Origin: Belliella calami
Lineage (GTDB): Bacteria > Bacteroidota > Bacteroidia > Cytophagales > Cyclobacteriaceae
Length of the DNA: 32,000 nucleotides
Direction of reading: 5' to 3'
Assembly (NCBI RefSeq): GCF_022549695.1
Contig: NZ_JAKZGS010000004.1
Span: forward strand, 77,756 to 109,755
Positions 22,818 through 32,000 of this stretch are shown here, piece by piece. The notes below the pieces were generated by a model. That model was not told the DNA's origin. It searched no databases and saw only the letters and a program-made list of their open reading frames with translations. Each line of letters opens with the position of its first letter. Positions within the stretch are counted from its first letter, which is position 1. The translations under genes were made by a program, and so were the position numbers.

Positions 22818-24539
22818 TCAATTTAATTCGTTTTCTTCACCATCAGGTATGATTTGTTCTGTTTCATCTGGTTTTATTATTTCTTCTGTAATCTTATCTT
22901 CAGTAATGACAATTATATCATTGACCCAACCAGCTTTAATAGTGATATCCATTGATGTTGTATCTGCAGGGTTCTTATAATAGAACACTTTTTCTGCCTG
23001 TCTATTTTGGCGCATGTTTGATGGATCCCATCGTTTGTTTTTGTTTTCGTCAAATATCACTCTGAGGTTATACGTTCCAGCTTCAAAATCAACAAATGAA
23101 TGTTTGTTTGTATTTTCTTTTAGAACTTCCTTGATCACCTTTCCGCTTTTGTCTAATAACTGGATTAATAATGGTCTGAATTCTGTTTCCACTGTGACAT
23201 CTAATGATGTGACGAGTGTCTCTGGATTTAATTTTTTATATGTTGCCTCAATTTTTTTATCATTGTATAAACCTTCTACATCCTTGAAAGTAGAATCCGA
23301 TGCATATATTGTAAAGGTTGTGTTTGTAAGTGTATCTATCAATGGGATATCGATTGAAATTTTAGTGTGGTTAGTGCTATCTTTCAAATAGATCCATTCT
23401 CTTTGAATCTGTATGGTAGATGCTGAATCATACTTCACATAAAGAGAATCTAGATTAATATCTACAATTGGTTTATTGAAGCTAAATTCTGCTTCAATAT
23501 TTTTGAGAAAGTTTGTTCCAGAATTAGCAGTTGTTTCCAGTTTTTCTTTATTTCTATCACTTTCTTCAAATGTTAAATATATTAAAGTGTCTAATTTGAA
23601 TCCAACAGAGTCTTTCAGTGATAATATTGCTTGAATACTATCATTTTTTATATCAGTATGGTAGAATCTTATGTTTTTTTCATTTTGTCTGAAATAGAGC
23701 TTCTTTCCTAGATCTTCCTGGTCTATTTTTATATCTGTCGGATATTTGCTTAAAACTATATCGAAATTTTGACCCACAGTAGATGATCTGTTTATTTTTA
23801 AATCAGAAATATCAGCTTTTGATAACATGAAATTTATGCCGCTTACATCTTGATTGATAGCTAATGTGTCACCATAAAATGCGTATGGTTCCGATTTTTC
23901 TTCAGCTTTTAAGGAATTGTTTGAATCAAACCATGCATAAGCTCGGTATTCCCCTACTTTGATGTTTGTAATCTCAAAATTACCTGCACTGTCAGCTGCA
24001 GCTATATAATACGGCGATGCTGTCAATACATCAGTTGTGTCATTTTTTTCGTACAATCCAATTAGTACATCTTTTATGAATTTTTCCTTTGGTGGGAATG
24101 TGTAAGATACTTTGCCGCTAAATTTTAAACTATCAATTTCATCTCCAGTTGAGAATACCAGTTTGAGGTTTTCAGCTGGATTGCTTTCTGTAATGTCTTG
24201 AATACTTTTTTGGAAGTTGAATACATAAGTTGTTTTTTCTTCCAATTCTTGATTTAGTTTGATGACAACTTTATTTTTTATGGCAGTTACTACCATTTCA
24301 TCTTTATTTATTCTTGGAGTTACTATGATCTGTTTGTTTGGGTTATCGATTTTTATATATTCATCGAATTCCAATTCAATTGTAGAAGGTTCAATATTTG
24401 TGCTTTCGTTGATAGGCTTAATTGACAGAAGTTTTGGTGGTGTTTCATCTTTATCACCACCCATAGGTGTACTTTGTTTAGCACAAGAGTATAATAATAT
24501 TATTATAAAAATCGATAATATTTGTATGATTAGTTTCAT
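22818..24539 (-). CDS. lipoprotein with Ig-like (SbsA/Big_5-type) N-terminal domain
   Basis: 573 aa. It has a lipobox (IIILLYSC) followed by DETPPKLLSIKPINESTNIEPSTIELEFDEYI, which is typical of Ig-like domain lipoproteins in Bacteroidota. Confidence 0.6.
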   Translation of the reverse strand: MKLIIQILSIFIIILLYSCAKQSTPMGGDKDETPPKLLSIKPINESTNIEPSTIELEFDEYIKIDNPNKQIIVTPRINKDEMVVTAIKNKVVIKLNQELEEKTTYVFNFQKSIQDITESNPAENLKLVFSTGDEIDSLKFSGKVSYTFPPKEKFIKDVLIGLYEKNDTTDVLTASPYYIAAADSAGNFEITNIKVGEYRAYAWFDSNNSLKAEEKSEPYAFYGDTLAINQDVSGINFMLSKADISDLKINRSSTVGQNFDIVLSKYPTDIKIDQEDLGKKLYFRQNEKNIRFYHTDIKNDSIQAILSLKDSVGFKLDTLIYLTFEESDRNKEKLETTANSGTNFLKNIEAEFSFNKPIVDINLDSLYVKYDSASTIQIQREWIYLKDSTNHTKISIDIPLIDTLTNTTFTIYASDSTFKDVEGLYNDKKIEATYKKLNPETLVTSLDVTVETEFRPLLIQLLDKSGKVIKEVLKENTNKHSFVDFEAGTYNLRVIFDENKNKRWDPSNMRQNRQAEKVFYYKNPADTTSMDITIKAGWVNDIIVITEDKITEEIIKPDETEQIIPDGEENELN

Positions 24540-25432
24540 ATTTTCTTCAAAATATATAATATACTTGAATAATTGTTATTATTTGATCTAGCCCATCTGT
24601 TAGATTTATATCCATTTATTAACGCATTCCACAGCGTTTTGATGTTGCTTTGATTTGGATTTTTGTTTTTCTCAGATAGTATCGAAACGTAATAACTATC
24701 AAAAACCATAGGTTTGATTTCAACTATCTTCAATCCCATTTCTTTAGCTAATTTTTGAAATGTGTCTTGATCAAAGTGATACAAATGTCTTGGAACGTCT
24801 AGTGCAGCCCAGTATTGTTTATAGTAATTTGAATCCCAGGAATCAATGTTTGGTACTGCTATAAATAATGTTCCTGAGTTTTTTAATTTCTTTACAATTT
24901 TCTTTGTTGTCATTCGTAAAGAATGGATATGTTCCAATACATGAAACAATGTGATAGCGTCATACTTATTTCCATCCTTCAATTCTTCAATAGTAGAATG
25001 TACATCGGTTTCAAATGATTTGGCTATAGTTTGTGCTCCATCATTCGGTTCTATACCAGTTGTGGACCAACCATTATTTTTTGCTGTTTTTAAGAAATAT
25101 CCAGTTCCACATCCAATATCTAAAAGTTTTCCTTTGTATGGATGAAAAGTGTTAATCCATTTGATTTTATTCTTTAATGTTATATTTCTGACTATTTTGT
25201 AAAGTCTATTGGTAATATTGTTTGATTTGTCTTGATGGGAAATATATTCTTCAAATTCATAGTACTTACCAATAGAATGTAGATCTGGTCTTGGATTGGT
25301 AAAAAGAAATGTACAATGGCTACATTTGCACAAGATAAATTTTTCTTTGCTTATAGAGTAATCAATTACCTCTAAATGATTAAGAAAAAGCCCACTCTTG
25401 CAAAGTGGGCATTTGGTTAATCTTTTTTTCAT
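24536..25432 (-). CDS. class I SAM-dependent methyltransferase with N-terminal Cys4 zinc ribbon
   Basis: CPLCKS...CKCSHC, then motif I LLDIGCGTGYFL and FHVLEHI. A 4-nt overlap links it to the downstream lipoprotein gene. Confidence 0.75.
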   Translation of the reverse strand: MKKRLTKCPLCKSGLFLNHLEVIDYSISKEKFILCKCSHCTFLFTNPRPDLHSIGKYYEFEEYISHQDKSNNITNRLYKIVRNITLKNKIKWINTFHPYKGKLLDIGCGTGYFLKTAKNNGWSTTGIEPNDGAQTIAKSFETDVHSTIEELKDGNKYDAITLFHVLEHIHSLRMTTKKIVKKLKNSGTLFIAVPNIDSWDSNYYKQYWAALDVPRHLYHFDQDTFQKLAKEMGLKIVEIKPMVFDSYYVSILSEKNKNPNQSNIKTLWNALINGYKSNRWARSNNNNYSSILYILKKI

Positions 25433-25433
25433 A

Positions 25434-27299
25434 TTATCTTCCTAAGTAAACTGTCAAGATTGATAAATCTGCAGGTGATACACCACTTATTCTTGAAGCC
25501 TGTCCCAATGTTTCCGGTTTTACTTTATTTAGCTTTTGTTTGCCTTCTGCTGATAGTGCGGTGATTGATAGGTAGTCAAATGATAGTGGGATTTTATAGT
25601 TTTCCATATTCGCCAATTTCTCTACCATTTGGGATTCTTTTTCTATATAGCTTTCGTATTTGATCTGTATTTCTGCTTGTTCCAATACATCTTTTTTATA
25701 CTTAGACAAATACTGTTTCAATTCTGGATCAAGTTGTTCGATATCCTTGAGTCCCAATTGTGGTCTTTTTAAAAGCTTATCTATCGTTACTTTTTCTTTG
25801 ATAGTTGCAGTATCTAGATTTTCTAGTCCATCATTGATTATATCTGGAGAGAGCTTTTTTTGCTTTAGGTCATTTATCAGTTTTTGGGTATCTGATTTTT
25901 TATCCATCATTTTTTCAAGTCTAACATCATCAGCAAGGCCTATTTGATGACCTAGTTGCGTCAATCTCAAATCTGCATTATCCTGCCTAAGAAGCAATCT
26001 GAATTCTGCACGTGATGTGAACATTCTATAGGGTTCTTCTGTACCTTTATTAATCAGATCATCTATTAATACACCAATATAAGCGTCTGATCTTTTGAGT
26101 AGGAAAGGGTCTTTTTCATCTACTTTTAGAGATGCATTGATCCCTGCGATTAATCCCTGTGATGCGGCTTCTTCATATCCTGTAGTACCATTTATTTGTC
26201 CTGCAAAATAAAGATTTTCCAATAACTGCGTTTCCAGTGTTAATTTCAGTTGAGTTGGTGGAAAGAAATCATATTCTATAGCATATCCTGGCCGGAACAT
26301 TTTTGCATTTTCAAATCCAGGTATTTTTCTCATTGCATCATATTGTACGTCCTCCGGTAGAGAAGTTGAGAATCCATTGATATACATTTCTACTGTATTC
26401 CAACCTTCTGGTTCTACAAATATTTGATGTCTTTCTCTTTCTGCAAACCTATTTATTTTGTCTTCTATAGAAGGGCAATACCTTGGTCCTAATCCTTGGA
26501 TTCTTCCATTGAACATTGGAGATCTATTGAATCCAGTTTCAAGTGTATTGTGGACTTCCTTATTGGTATATGTTATCCAACATGTATGTTGTTTGGAAAG
26601 GGGTTTTGTTTCGTCAGAATAAGAAAATTTTTCAGGATTTTCGTCTCCAAATTGTACTTCCATTTTGGTATAATCCAAAGATCTTCCATCTACTCTCGGT
26701 GGTGTTCCAGTTTTCATTCTTCCAGCTTCGAATCCTAACTGAACCAGCTGTTCTGTAATTCCTTTTGCAGCACCCTCCCCTGTTCTCCCTCCACCAAATT
26801 GTTTTTCTCCTATATGGATCAATCCATTTAGAAAAGTTCCGTTTGTTAATACGACTGATTTTCCAGGTATTTCTAACCCTATGCTTGTTCTTACCCCTAT
26901 TACTCTTTTATCTTTGACAACTAACCCTGTGATCATTTCTTGCCAGAAATCAACATTTGGTGTTTGTTCCAACGCTAATCTCCATTCTTCAGCAAATCTC
27001 ATTCTGTCATTTTGCGTTCTTGGAGACCACATGGCAGGACCTTTTGATCTATTTAACATTCTAAATTGGATCATAGATTTGTCTGAAATTATTCCTGACA
27101 TTCCTCCAAGCGCATCTATTTCACGAACGATCTGTCCTTTTGCTACCCCACCCATGGCTGGATTACAGGACATTTGGGCAATAGTATTCATGTTCATTGT
27201 ACAAAGAAGTACCTTCGAACCCATTTTTGCAGCAGCATGTGCTGCTTCGCAACCTGCGTGTCCCGCCCCTACTACTATTACATCATATTGTGGAAACAT
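25434..27299 (-). CDS. mnmG: tRNA uridine 5-carboxymethylaminomethyl modification enzyme MnmG (GidA)
   Basis: 621 aa. It has the FAD motif YDVIVVGAGHAGCEAA, then MSCNPAMGG, GPRYCPSIE and YAIEYD, all hallmark MnmG motifs. Confidence 0.97.
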   Translation of the reverse strand: MFPQYDVIVVGAGHAGCEAAHAAAKMGSKVLLCTMNMNTIAQMSCNPAMGGVAKGQIVREIDALGGMSGIISDKSMIQFRMLNRSKGPAMWSPRTQNDRMRFAEEWRLALEQTPNVDFWQEMITGLVVKDKRVIGVRTSIGLEIPGKSVVLTNGTFLNGLIHIGEKQFGGGRTGEGAAKGITEQLVQLGFEAGRMKTGTPPRVDGRSLDYTKMEVQFGDENPEKFSYSDETKPLSKQHTCWITYTNKEVHNTLETGFNRSPMFNGRIQGLGPRYCPSIEDKINRFAERERHQIFVEPEGWNTVEMYINGFSTSLPEDVQYDAMRKIPGFENAKMFRPGYAIEYDFFPPTQLKLTLETQLLENLYFAGQINGTTGYEEAASQGLIAGINASLKVDEKDPFLLKRSDAYIGVLIDDLINKGTEEPYRMFTSRAEFRLLLRQDNADLRLTQLGHQIGLADDVRLEKMMDKKSDTQKLINDLKQKKLSPDIINDGLENLDTATIKEKVTIDKLLKRPQLGLKDIEQLDPELKQYLSKYKKDVLEQAEIQIKYESYIEKESQMVEKLANMENYKIPLSFDYLSITALSAEGKQKLNKVKPETLGQASRISGVSPADLSILTVYLGR

Positions 27300-27317
27300 A
27301 TTGATATTATTATTAAT

Positions 27318-27386
27318 GTTTCACGTGGAACACTTCTATTGATAGTAGAATATATCTGTAAAATCAATAGTGTTCCACGTGGAACG
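27318..27386. promoter_or_regulatory. long inverted repeat with two CACGTG-centred palindromes between ybeY and mnmG
   Basis: GTTTCACGTGGAACAC-TT-CTATTGAT (27318-27342) pairs with ATCAATAG-TGTTCCACGTGGAACG (27363-27386). GTTCCACGTGGAAC (27372-27385) is a perfect 14-bp palindrome. Confidence 0.4.
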
Positions 27387-27387
27387 T

Positions 27388-27813
27388 TTATGTTTTTTTG
27401 AAGAGGGAAATTGATTTGTTTTCCATTTCTCTCATTAATTTAATTTCTTTTTCTGTCTTGTCTTTATATCCTAACAGGTGAAGAATGCCATGACTCATTA
27501 CTCTTAGTAATTCTTTGTCGAACTCAGTATTTTCTTTGAGTGCATTATCTTTGACTCTTTCTATACTTATAAAAATGTCTCCTTCTATAATTCTTTCTTC
27601 TTCAGAATTATCAAATGTTATTATATCTGTATATGTGTTGTGATTTAGATATTCTAAATTTATGTTATACAAATACTCATCTGAACAAAAGATGTAAGTG
27701 AGTTCTCCTACTTTGAACCCATCTAGACGTGCAATTTCCTTGAGCCAATTTTTGTGGAGAATTTTGTTTTTTAGATCAAATCCTGAATCTTCGTCGAAAA
27801 ACTGTATTGCCAT
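27388..27813 (-). CDS. ybeY: rRNA maturation RNase YbeY
   Basis: 141 aa with the zinc motif HGILHLLGYKD. Confidence 0.92.
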   Translation of the reverse strand: MAIQFFDEDSGFDLKNKILHKNWLKEIARLDGFKVGELTYIFCSDEYLYNINLEYLNHNTYTDIITFDNSEEERIIEGDIFISIERVKDNALKENTEFDKELLRVMSHGILHLLGYKDKTEKEIKLMREMENKSISLFKKT

Positions 27814-27817
27814 TTTT

Positions 27818-28219
27818 TTAGTACATATAAAATTTCAATGTAGTAGTTCTACCTTCATCATCAAAACTTACATCATCAGATAAATGCTTCATGATGAAAA
27901 TTCCACGTCCCCCTGCTTTCTCCAAGTTTTCCGGTGAAGTTGGATCCTTCAATTCTTCATAATTGAATCCTTCACCTTGATCCTTCACAATAAACTTTAT
28001 TTCCTCTTCATCAAAATGCAATTCCAAATCTACTTTTTTACTAGCATCTCCCTTATTGCCATGTAAGATGGCATTACTCACACATTCTGTCACAGAAATC
28101 ATTATATTTCCATAGATATCATCATCAATATGGAATTTTTCTCTCGCATTATCGATGAAGCTTTCTATTATTTTAATGTTCTCTATCAGAGAAGGGATTG
28201 AAATTTTTATAGATTTCAT
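27818..28219 (-). CDS. ATP-binding protein, anti-sigma regulatory factor type (RsbW/SpoIIAB-like HATPase_c)
   Basis: 133 aa. N-box ECVSNAILHG, G1 VKDQGEGF, G2 GGRGIFIM. Confidence 0.75.
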   Translation of the reverse strand: MKSIKISIPSLIENIKIIESFIDNAREKFHIDDDIYGNIMISVTECVSNAILHGNKGDASKKVDLELHFDEEEIKFIVKDQGEGFNYEELKDPTSPENLEKAGGRGIFIMKHLSDDVSFDDEGRTTTLKFYMY

Positions 28220-28263
28220 GAATCTTTTGTTGATGATATTATAATTAATTTAATTTTATCGTA

Positions 28264-29022
28264 CTATAACTCTATCATTATTGGACAATGATCTGAATGG
28301 TAAGCTTCCGGAAGTATGACAGATCTCTTTATTTTACTAGCTATCTCTGGTGCAGCCATGTGATAATCGATTCTCCATCCCAAATTCTTACCTCTGGCAC
28401 CAGCTCTATAGCTCCACCATGTATAATTATGGGGTTCTTGATTATGTTGCCTAAATGTATCAATGAATCCATTTTCAGTAAATTTATCCATCCATGCCCT
28501 TTCTTCTGGTAAAAAACCTGAAGAATTTTTATTCGATATTGGATTGTGAATATCAATTGCCTTATGACAAATGTTATAATCTCCACTCAAGATCAAATTA
28601 GGGATTTTTTTTATCAAATCTTGTGAATATCCATAAACGTCATCCAAAAATTGATATTTGAATACCTGCCTAATATCACCTGTCGTTCCTGATGGGAAAT
28701 AAGCTGAAATAAAAGAGAAATCATCAAAATCTGCTCTGATCATTCTTCCCTCATCATCATAGGTTTGTATTCCCATTCCATATTCTATGTGGTTTGGTTT
28801 TACTTTTGACAGTATTGCTGTACCACTGTATCCTTTTTTCACTGCTGGGTTCCAAAAGATATGGTAGCCCAAATCTTCAAATATGCTTTTTTCGATTTGG
28901 TTTTCCATTGCTTTTACCTCTTGGATCCCTATGACATCCGGATCTGTCGCTTTCAACCAGTCTGCAAAACCTTTATTCAAAGCAGCCCGGATTCCATTGA
29001 CATTATAGGATACGATTTTCAT
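28264..29022 (-). CDS. xth: exodeoxyribonuclease III
   Basis: 252 aa. MKIVSYNVNGIRA, IGIQEVK, SGDYNICH, WSYR and SDHCPI are EEP-family ExoIII motifs. Confidence 0.93.
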   Translation of the reverse strand: MKIVSYNVNGIRAALNKGFADWLKATDPDVIGIQEVKAMENQIEKSIFEDLGYHIFWNPAVKKGYSGTAILSKVKPNHIEYGMGIQTYDDEGRMIRADFDDFSFISAYFPSGTTGDIRQVFKYQFLDDVYGYSQDLIKKIPNLILSGDYNICHKAIDIHNPISNKNSSGFLPEERAWMDKFTENGFIDTFRQHNQEPHNYTWWSYRAGARGKNLGWRIDYHMAAPEIASKIKRSVILPEAYHSDHCPIMIEL

Positions 29023-29035
29023 GCTATTTAGATTT

Positions 29036-29398
29036 TTATTTAATTTCTATTTCAAATTCTTGTTCAAAGTATTCAATTACGTGGAGTTTGAGTAGCTTTT
29101 CTTGTTCTAATATATCAAAATGGGGAAGCTTTTTTATTAGTTTCCAATGTGGCCAGCCATCTTGGTCTATATAATCCAATTCATAGAAACCAGCTAAGCT
29201 TAGGACTTTACAAACAGCGATATGCATCAGGTCCTGCTTTTGCTCTTTTGTAAATGTCCTATTTCCTTGGCCAAGCTCTTGGACACCTATCAAGAAAAGA
29301 ACCCCATTTAGATCTGAAGGTTTTTTTCCTACCAATTCTTGAATTCCTGATAGCAATTTACTCCATCGTTTTTCAAGATCTAAATCTTTTTTAAACAT
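29036..29398 (-). CDS. hypothetical protein
   Basis: A 120-aa ORF with an 8-nt overlap to the upstream gene. No family is recognisable. Confidence 0.5.
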   Translation of the reverse strand: MFKKDLDLEKRWSKLLSGIQELVGKKPSDLNGVLFLIGVQELGQGNRTFTKEQKQDLMHIAVCKVLSLAGFYELDYIDQDGWPHWKLIKKLPHFDILEQEKLLKLHVIEYFEQEFEIEIK

Positions 29399-29747
29399 CT
29401 TTATTTTTCTCTTCTTCCAATAATTCCCAGTATTCTGCTGCTCTTCTCAAATGTGGGATGACGATAGATCCTCCTATAAGTGTAGCGATAGAAAATACTT
29501 CATATACTTCCTCCTTGCTCAAGCCTGCTTCGTATGATTTACCAAGGTGGTATTTGATACAATCATCACAACGCAATACCATGGAACAAGCCAAACCTAT
29601 CATTTCTTTGGTTTTGACATCTATTGCCCCTTCAGCATAAGCATTTGTATCAAGGTTAAAGAAACGCTTGATAACTTTATTGTCTGCCGACATGATTTTT
29701 TCATTCATTCGGCCTCTGTATTCGTTGAATTCTTCTATTAAATTCAT
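29391..29747 (-). CDS. carboxymuconolactone decarboxylase / AhpD-like family protein
   Basis: 118 aa with the CxxC-type motif LRCDDCIKYHL in an AhpD-core context. Confidence 0.75.
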   Translation of the reverse strand: MNLIEEFNEYRGRMNEKIMSADNKVIKRFFNLDTNAYAEGAIDVKTKEMIGLACSMVLRCDDCIKYHLGKSYEAGLSKEEVYEVFSIATLIGGSIVIPHLRRAAEYWELLEEEKNKDV

Positions 29748-29829
29748 TAACTTATCGGTAAGTATTTAAATAACTAGCAAATATAACAGGTATTTTGCTG
29801 TCATTCTGTTCTAACAAGCCTTTTTGGAT

Positions 29830-30525
29830 ATGCGTTTCACTTTTTTTGAAGATTTTTTGGCGTTGGTTTTTCCCAAAACCTGCTGTGTATGTAAGAGAAG
29901 TCTTTTTGACTTCGAAAATCAGCTTTGTAAAATTTGTATTGGAAGCCTTCCCGTGACAAATTACCATCTGAATCCTCAGAATAATGACCTTGTGATTAAG
30001 GTAATGGGTCTCACAAAGCCAAACCTTGTAATGTCTTATCTTAGATTTACAAAACGTGGTATAAGTCAAAAATTGTTGCACAATTTGAAATATAAGAACA
30101 AACCTGAAATAGGCATGGAATTGGGCGCTTTGTATGGGTATTTGTTAAAAAATCATGGGTTTGAGTCCAATTGGGATATGGTAGTACCTGTTCCTCTCCA
30201 TCCGGAGAAGCAAAGGAGGAGAGGCTACAATCAAAGTGAACAGTTTGCTATCGGCATTGCTTCAGTTCTTGGTATTCCTATGAATTTGGGGCTTGTAAGA
30301 ACCCAATTTACTGAGACCCAAACCAACAAATCCAGAATTGAGAGGATCAACAATGTTTCGGAAGTTTTTTCAATCAACAAAAATGTAATAGTAGAAAACA
30401 GGAAGATCTTATTGGTAGATGATGTGATGACTACTGGTGCTACCCTGACTTCCTGCGCAAATGTACTCTTGGAAGCAAATGCAAAATTGGTGGATTTGGC
30501 GGTCATCGCTGCAGGTAGGTTTTAG
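29830..30525 (+). CDS. comF: ComF-family protein (phosphoribosyltransferase domain)
   Basis: N-terminal Cys pairs (CCVCKRS...CKIC) and a C-terminal PRTase loop (ILLVDDVMTTGATL). The ATG at 29830 is preferred to the TTG at 29824. Confidence 0.85.
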   Translation: MRFTFFEDFLALVFPKTCCVCKRSLFDFENQLCKICIGSLPVTNYHLNPQNNDLVIKVMGLTKPNLVMSYLRFTKRGISQKLLHNLKYKNKPEIGMELGALYGYLLKNHGFESNWDMVVPVPLHPEKQRRRGYNQSEQFAIGIASVLGIPMNLGLVRTQFTETQTNKSRIERINNVSEVFSINKNVIVENRKILLVDDVMTTGATLTSCANVLLEANAKLVDLAVIAAGRF

Positions 30526-30813
30526 TGGCCAGTCTTCGATAAATCACTCGATATCTTCTTTTATGCTATATTTTGATATAAGATTTTCTAGTTATTCATT
30601 AGGCTTTTGTTTGAGACCAAAAGAACTTTCAAAAAATGTCTTTTCGTTAATTAGCTATCATCTTTCTTTTTATTTAGTAAATTTCCAATCATAATGAAAA
30701 ATGTTTAGAATAGTAACATTAAATTTATCCTTAAAACGATCGATTTTTAATTAAAAATTCAGGTTTTAAGTCAGATAATATTGTCATTTTCCAAAGAATC
30801 GTAACTTGTTGAT

Positions 30814-31902
30814 ATGATTACAAGAATTGAAATAGAAGGTTATAAAAGTATCAGGTCTCTAGCAATCGACCTGCAGCCTATAAATATTTTATTGGGTGGG
30901 AATGGAGTAGGGAAAAGTAATTTTATTTCTATTTTTTCTTTGATTCGAAACATATATAATCAAAACTTCCAGAATTACGTTCAGAAAAAAGGTGGGCCTG
31001 ATAGCTTGTTGCATTTTGGAAGAAAGGAAACAGATCAAATTTTATTAAAGATTTATTTTAAAAGTACAGGGGGCAGTGAAAATAACTTTGCAGTAAATCT
31101 GGAGCTCGCTCGGAATTTGTTGTTTATTCAATCTGTAGAAACAGGATTTAAATCTTATAACAGTTGGTATCCTAAAGTGTACGAGAAAAATGTTCTTGAA
31201 TCAAGATTTTCTGAAATCAATAGAGGTCAGGCTTTTTGGGTTAATGATCGATTGAGAGAATTTGATGTATACCATTTTCATGATACTAGTGATACTTCAC
31301 CAATTAAATCTTTGGCTGATTTGAACGATAATCACTATTTAAAACCTGATGGTTCAAATTTGGCTTCCATTTTATATTTTCTTAAGAAAAAGGAGCCAAA
31401 GCATTTCAAAAGAATAGAACTTACGATAAAATCCATAGCTCCTTTTTTTGACCGTTTTGATTTGGAACCTAACCAACTAAATGAAAACAAAATTGAATTA
31501 GAATGGAAGGAAAAAGGATATCCTGATAATTACTTCAACGCTTATCATCTTTCTGATGGTACCTTAAGATTTATTTGTCTCGCAACTTTGCTTATGCAAC
31601 CCAAGCCACCTCAAACTATTATTATTGATGAACCTGAGTTAGGGTTACATCCAGTTGCAATAAATAAACTAGCTGCAATGGTTCGAAAAGCTTCAGAAAA
31701 TGTTCAAGTAATACTATCTACTCAATCTACCAACCTAATTGATAATTTTGACCCTAATGATATCATTGTAACAGATCGAGAAAGTAATGGATCAATCTTC
31801 AAAAGACTGAAGAGCGAAGAACTTTCAATATGGCTTGAAGAATATACTCTTGGAGATTTATGGGGTCAAAATAAGTTAGGCGCTCAACCTTATAATGTCT
31901 GA
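30814..31902 (+). CDS. AAA/ABC-type ATPase (AAA_21/COG4637-like), first gene of a two-gene module
   Basis: 362 aa. Walker A is GGNGVGKSN, the signature-like motif is LSDGTLRF, and Walker B is IIIDEPELGLHP. The stop overlaps the next start (TGATG). Confidence 0.8.
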   Translation: MITRIEIEGYKSIRSLAIDLQPINILLGGNGVGKSNFISIFSLIRNIYNQNFQNYVQKKGGPDSLLHFGRKETDQILLKIYFKSTGGSENNFAVNLELARNLLFIQSVETGFKSYNSWYPKVYEKNVLESRFSEINRGQAFWVNDRLREFDVYHFHDTSDTSPIKSLADLNDNHYLKPDGSNLASILYFLKKKEPKHFKRIELTIKSIAPFFDRFDLEPNQLNENKIELEWKEKGYPDNYFNAYHLSDGTLRFICLATLLMQPKPPQTIIIDEPELGLHPVAINKLAAMVRKASENVQVILSTQSTNLIDNFDPNDIIVTDRESNGSIFKRLKSEELSIWLEEYTLGDLWGQNKLGAQPYNV

Positions 31903-32000
31903 TGAAGAGATTGGTTTTTATTGTTGAAGGAGATACAGAGATTATATTGGTTCAAAACCTGATTGTTCCCTACTTATTTAGTCTAGGGTTTACCAATTCT
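31902..32000 (+). CDS. DUF4276/Toprim-like protein, N-terminal 33 aa only (runs off the window)
   Basis: MKRLVFIVEGDTEIILVQNLIVPYLFSLGFTNS. The hhhVEGxTE start is the Toprim-type glutamate motif typical of DUF4276/OLD-like partners. It shares 1 nt with the ATPase stop codon. Confidence 0.5.
   Translation, partial: MKRLVFIVEGDTEIILVQNLIVPYLFSLGFTNS

Noticed and set aside
29752-30081. ORF 29752..30081 (-, 109 aa) antisense to comF
   Set aside because: It overlaps the well-supported comF frame and has low-complexity content with no motif. The other antisense ORFs inside fadB, mnmG, the acyl-CoA ligase, the lipoprotein gene and others are rejected for the same reason.

Overview
This is a low-GC chromosomal window that looks like Bacteroidota. 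All calls come from reading the sequence and the ORF track; no searches were run.

Layout:
- (i) 1-2.6 kb: a partial glycosyltransferase, a MaoC-like dehydratase, a SAM methyltransferase and mtgA.
- (ii) 2.69-2.99 kb: two tandem tRNA-like genes (124 and 126 nt) that carry a structured extra arm of about 50 nt.
- (iii) 3.36-4.1 kb: a decayed IS110-family transposase next to a truncated attC-like half-site.
- (iv) 4.24-13.25 kb: an integron-like gene-cassette array. Six attC-like hairpin repeats of 132-134 nt separate ORFs that all lie on the minus strand. At the head is a co-oriented Xer-like tyrosine recombinase. It lacks the IntI-specific insertion and has an extra N-terminal domain of about 95 aa. 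The cargo is a CD-NTase + TIR-STING CBASS operon, a single-gene OLD-family ATPase-Toprim nuclease, a VapBC-like toxin-antitoxin pair and four uncharacterised small or membrane proteins.
- (v) 13.5-22.3 kb: a fatty-acid beta-oxidation cluster (acyl-CoA dehydrogenase, thiolase, FadB-like enzyme, MarR regulator, acyl-CoA synthetase), punctuated by insertions flanked by inverted repeats. One insertion carries a four-helix-bundle (23S-IVS-type) gene.
- (vi) 22.39-22.79 kb: a DnaA-box cluster, a candidate oriC.
- (vii) A lipoprotein, a methyltransferase, mnmG, ybeY, an anti-sigma-type kinase, xth, an AhpD-like protein and comF.
- (viii) Right edge: an AAA ATPase followed by a DUF4276/Toprim-like gene that the window cuts off.

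The most unusual element is the cassette array. Its repeats behave like attC sites, because each cassette's ends are complementary to its own repeat. The recombinase and the internal architecture of the repeats are not canonical for integrons.
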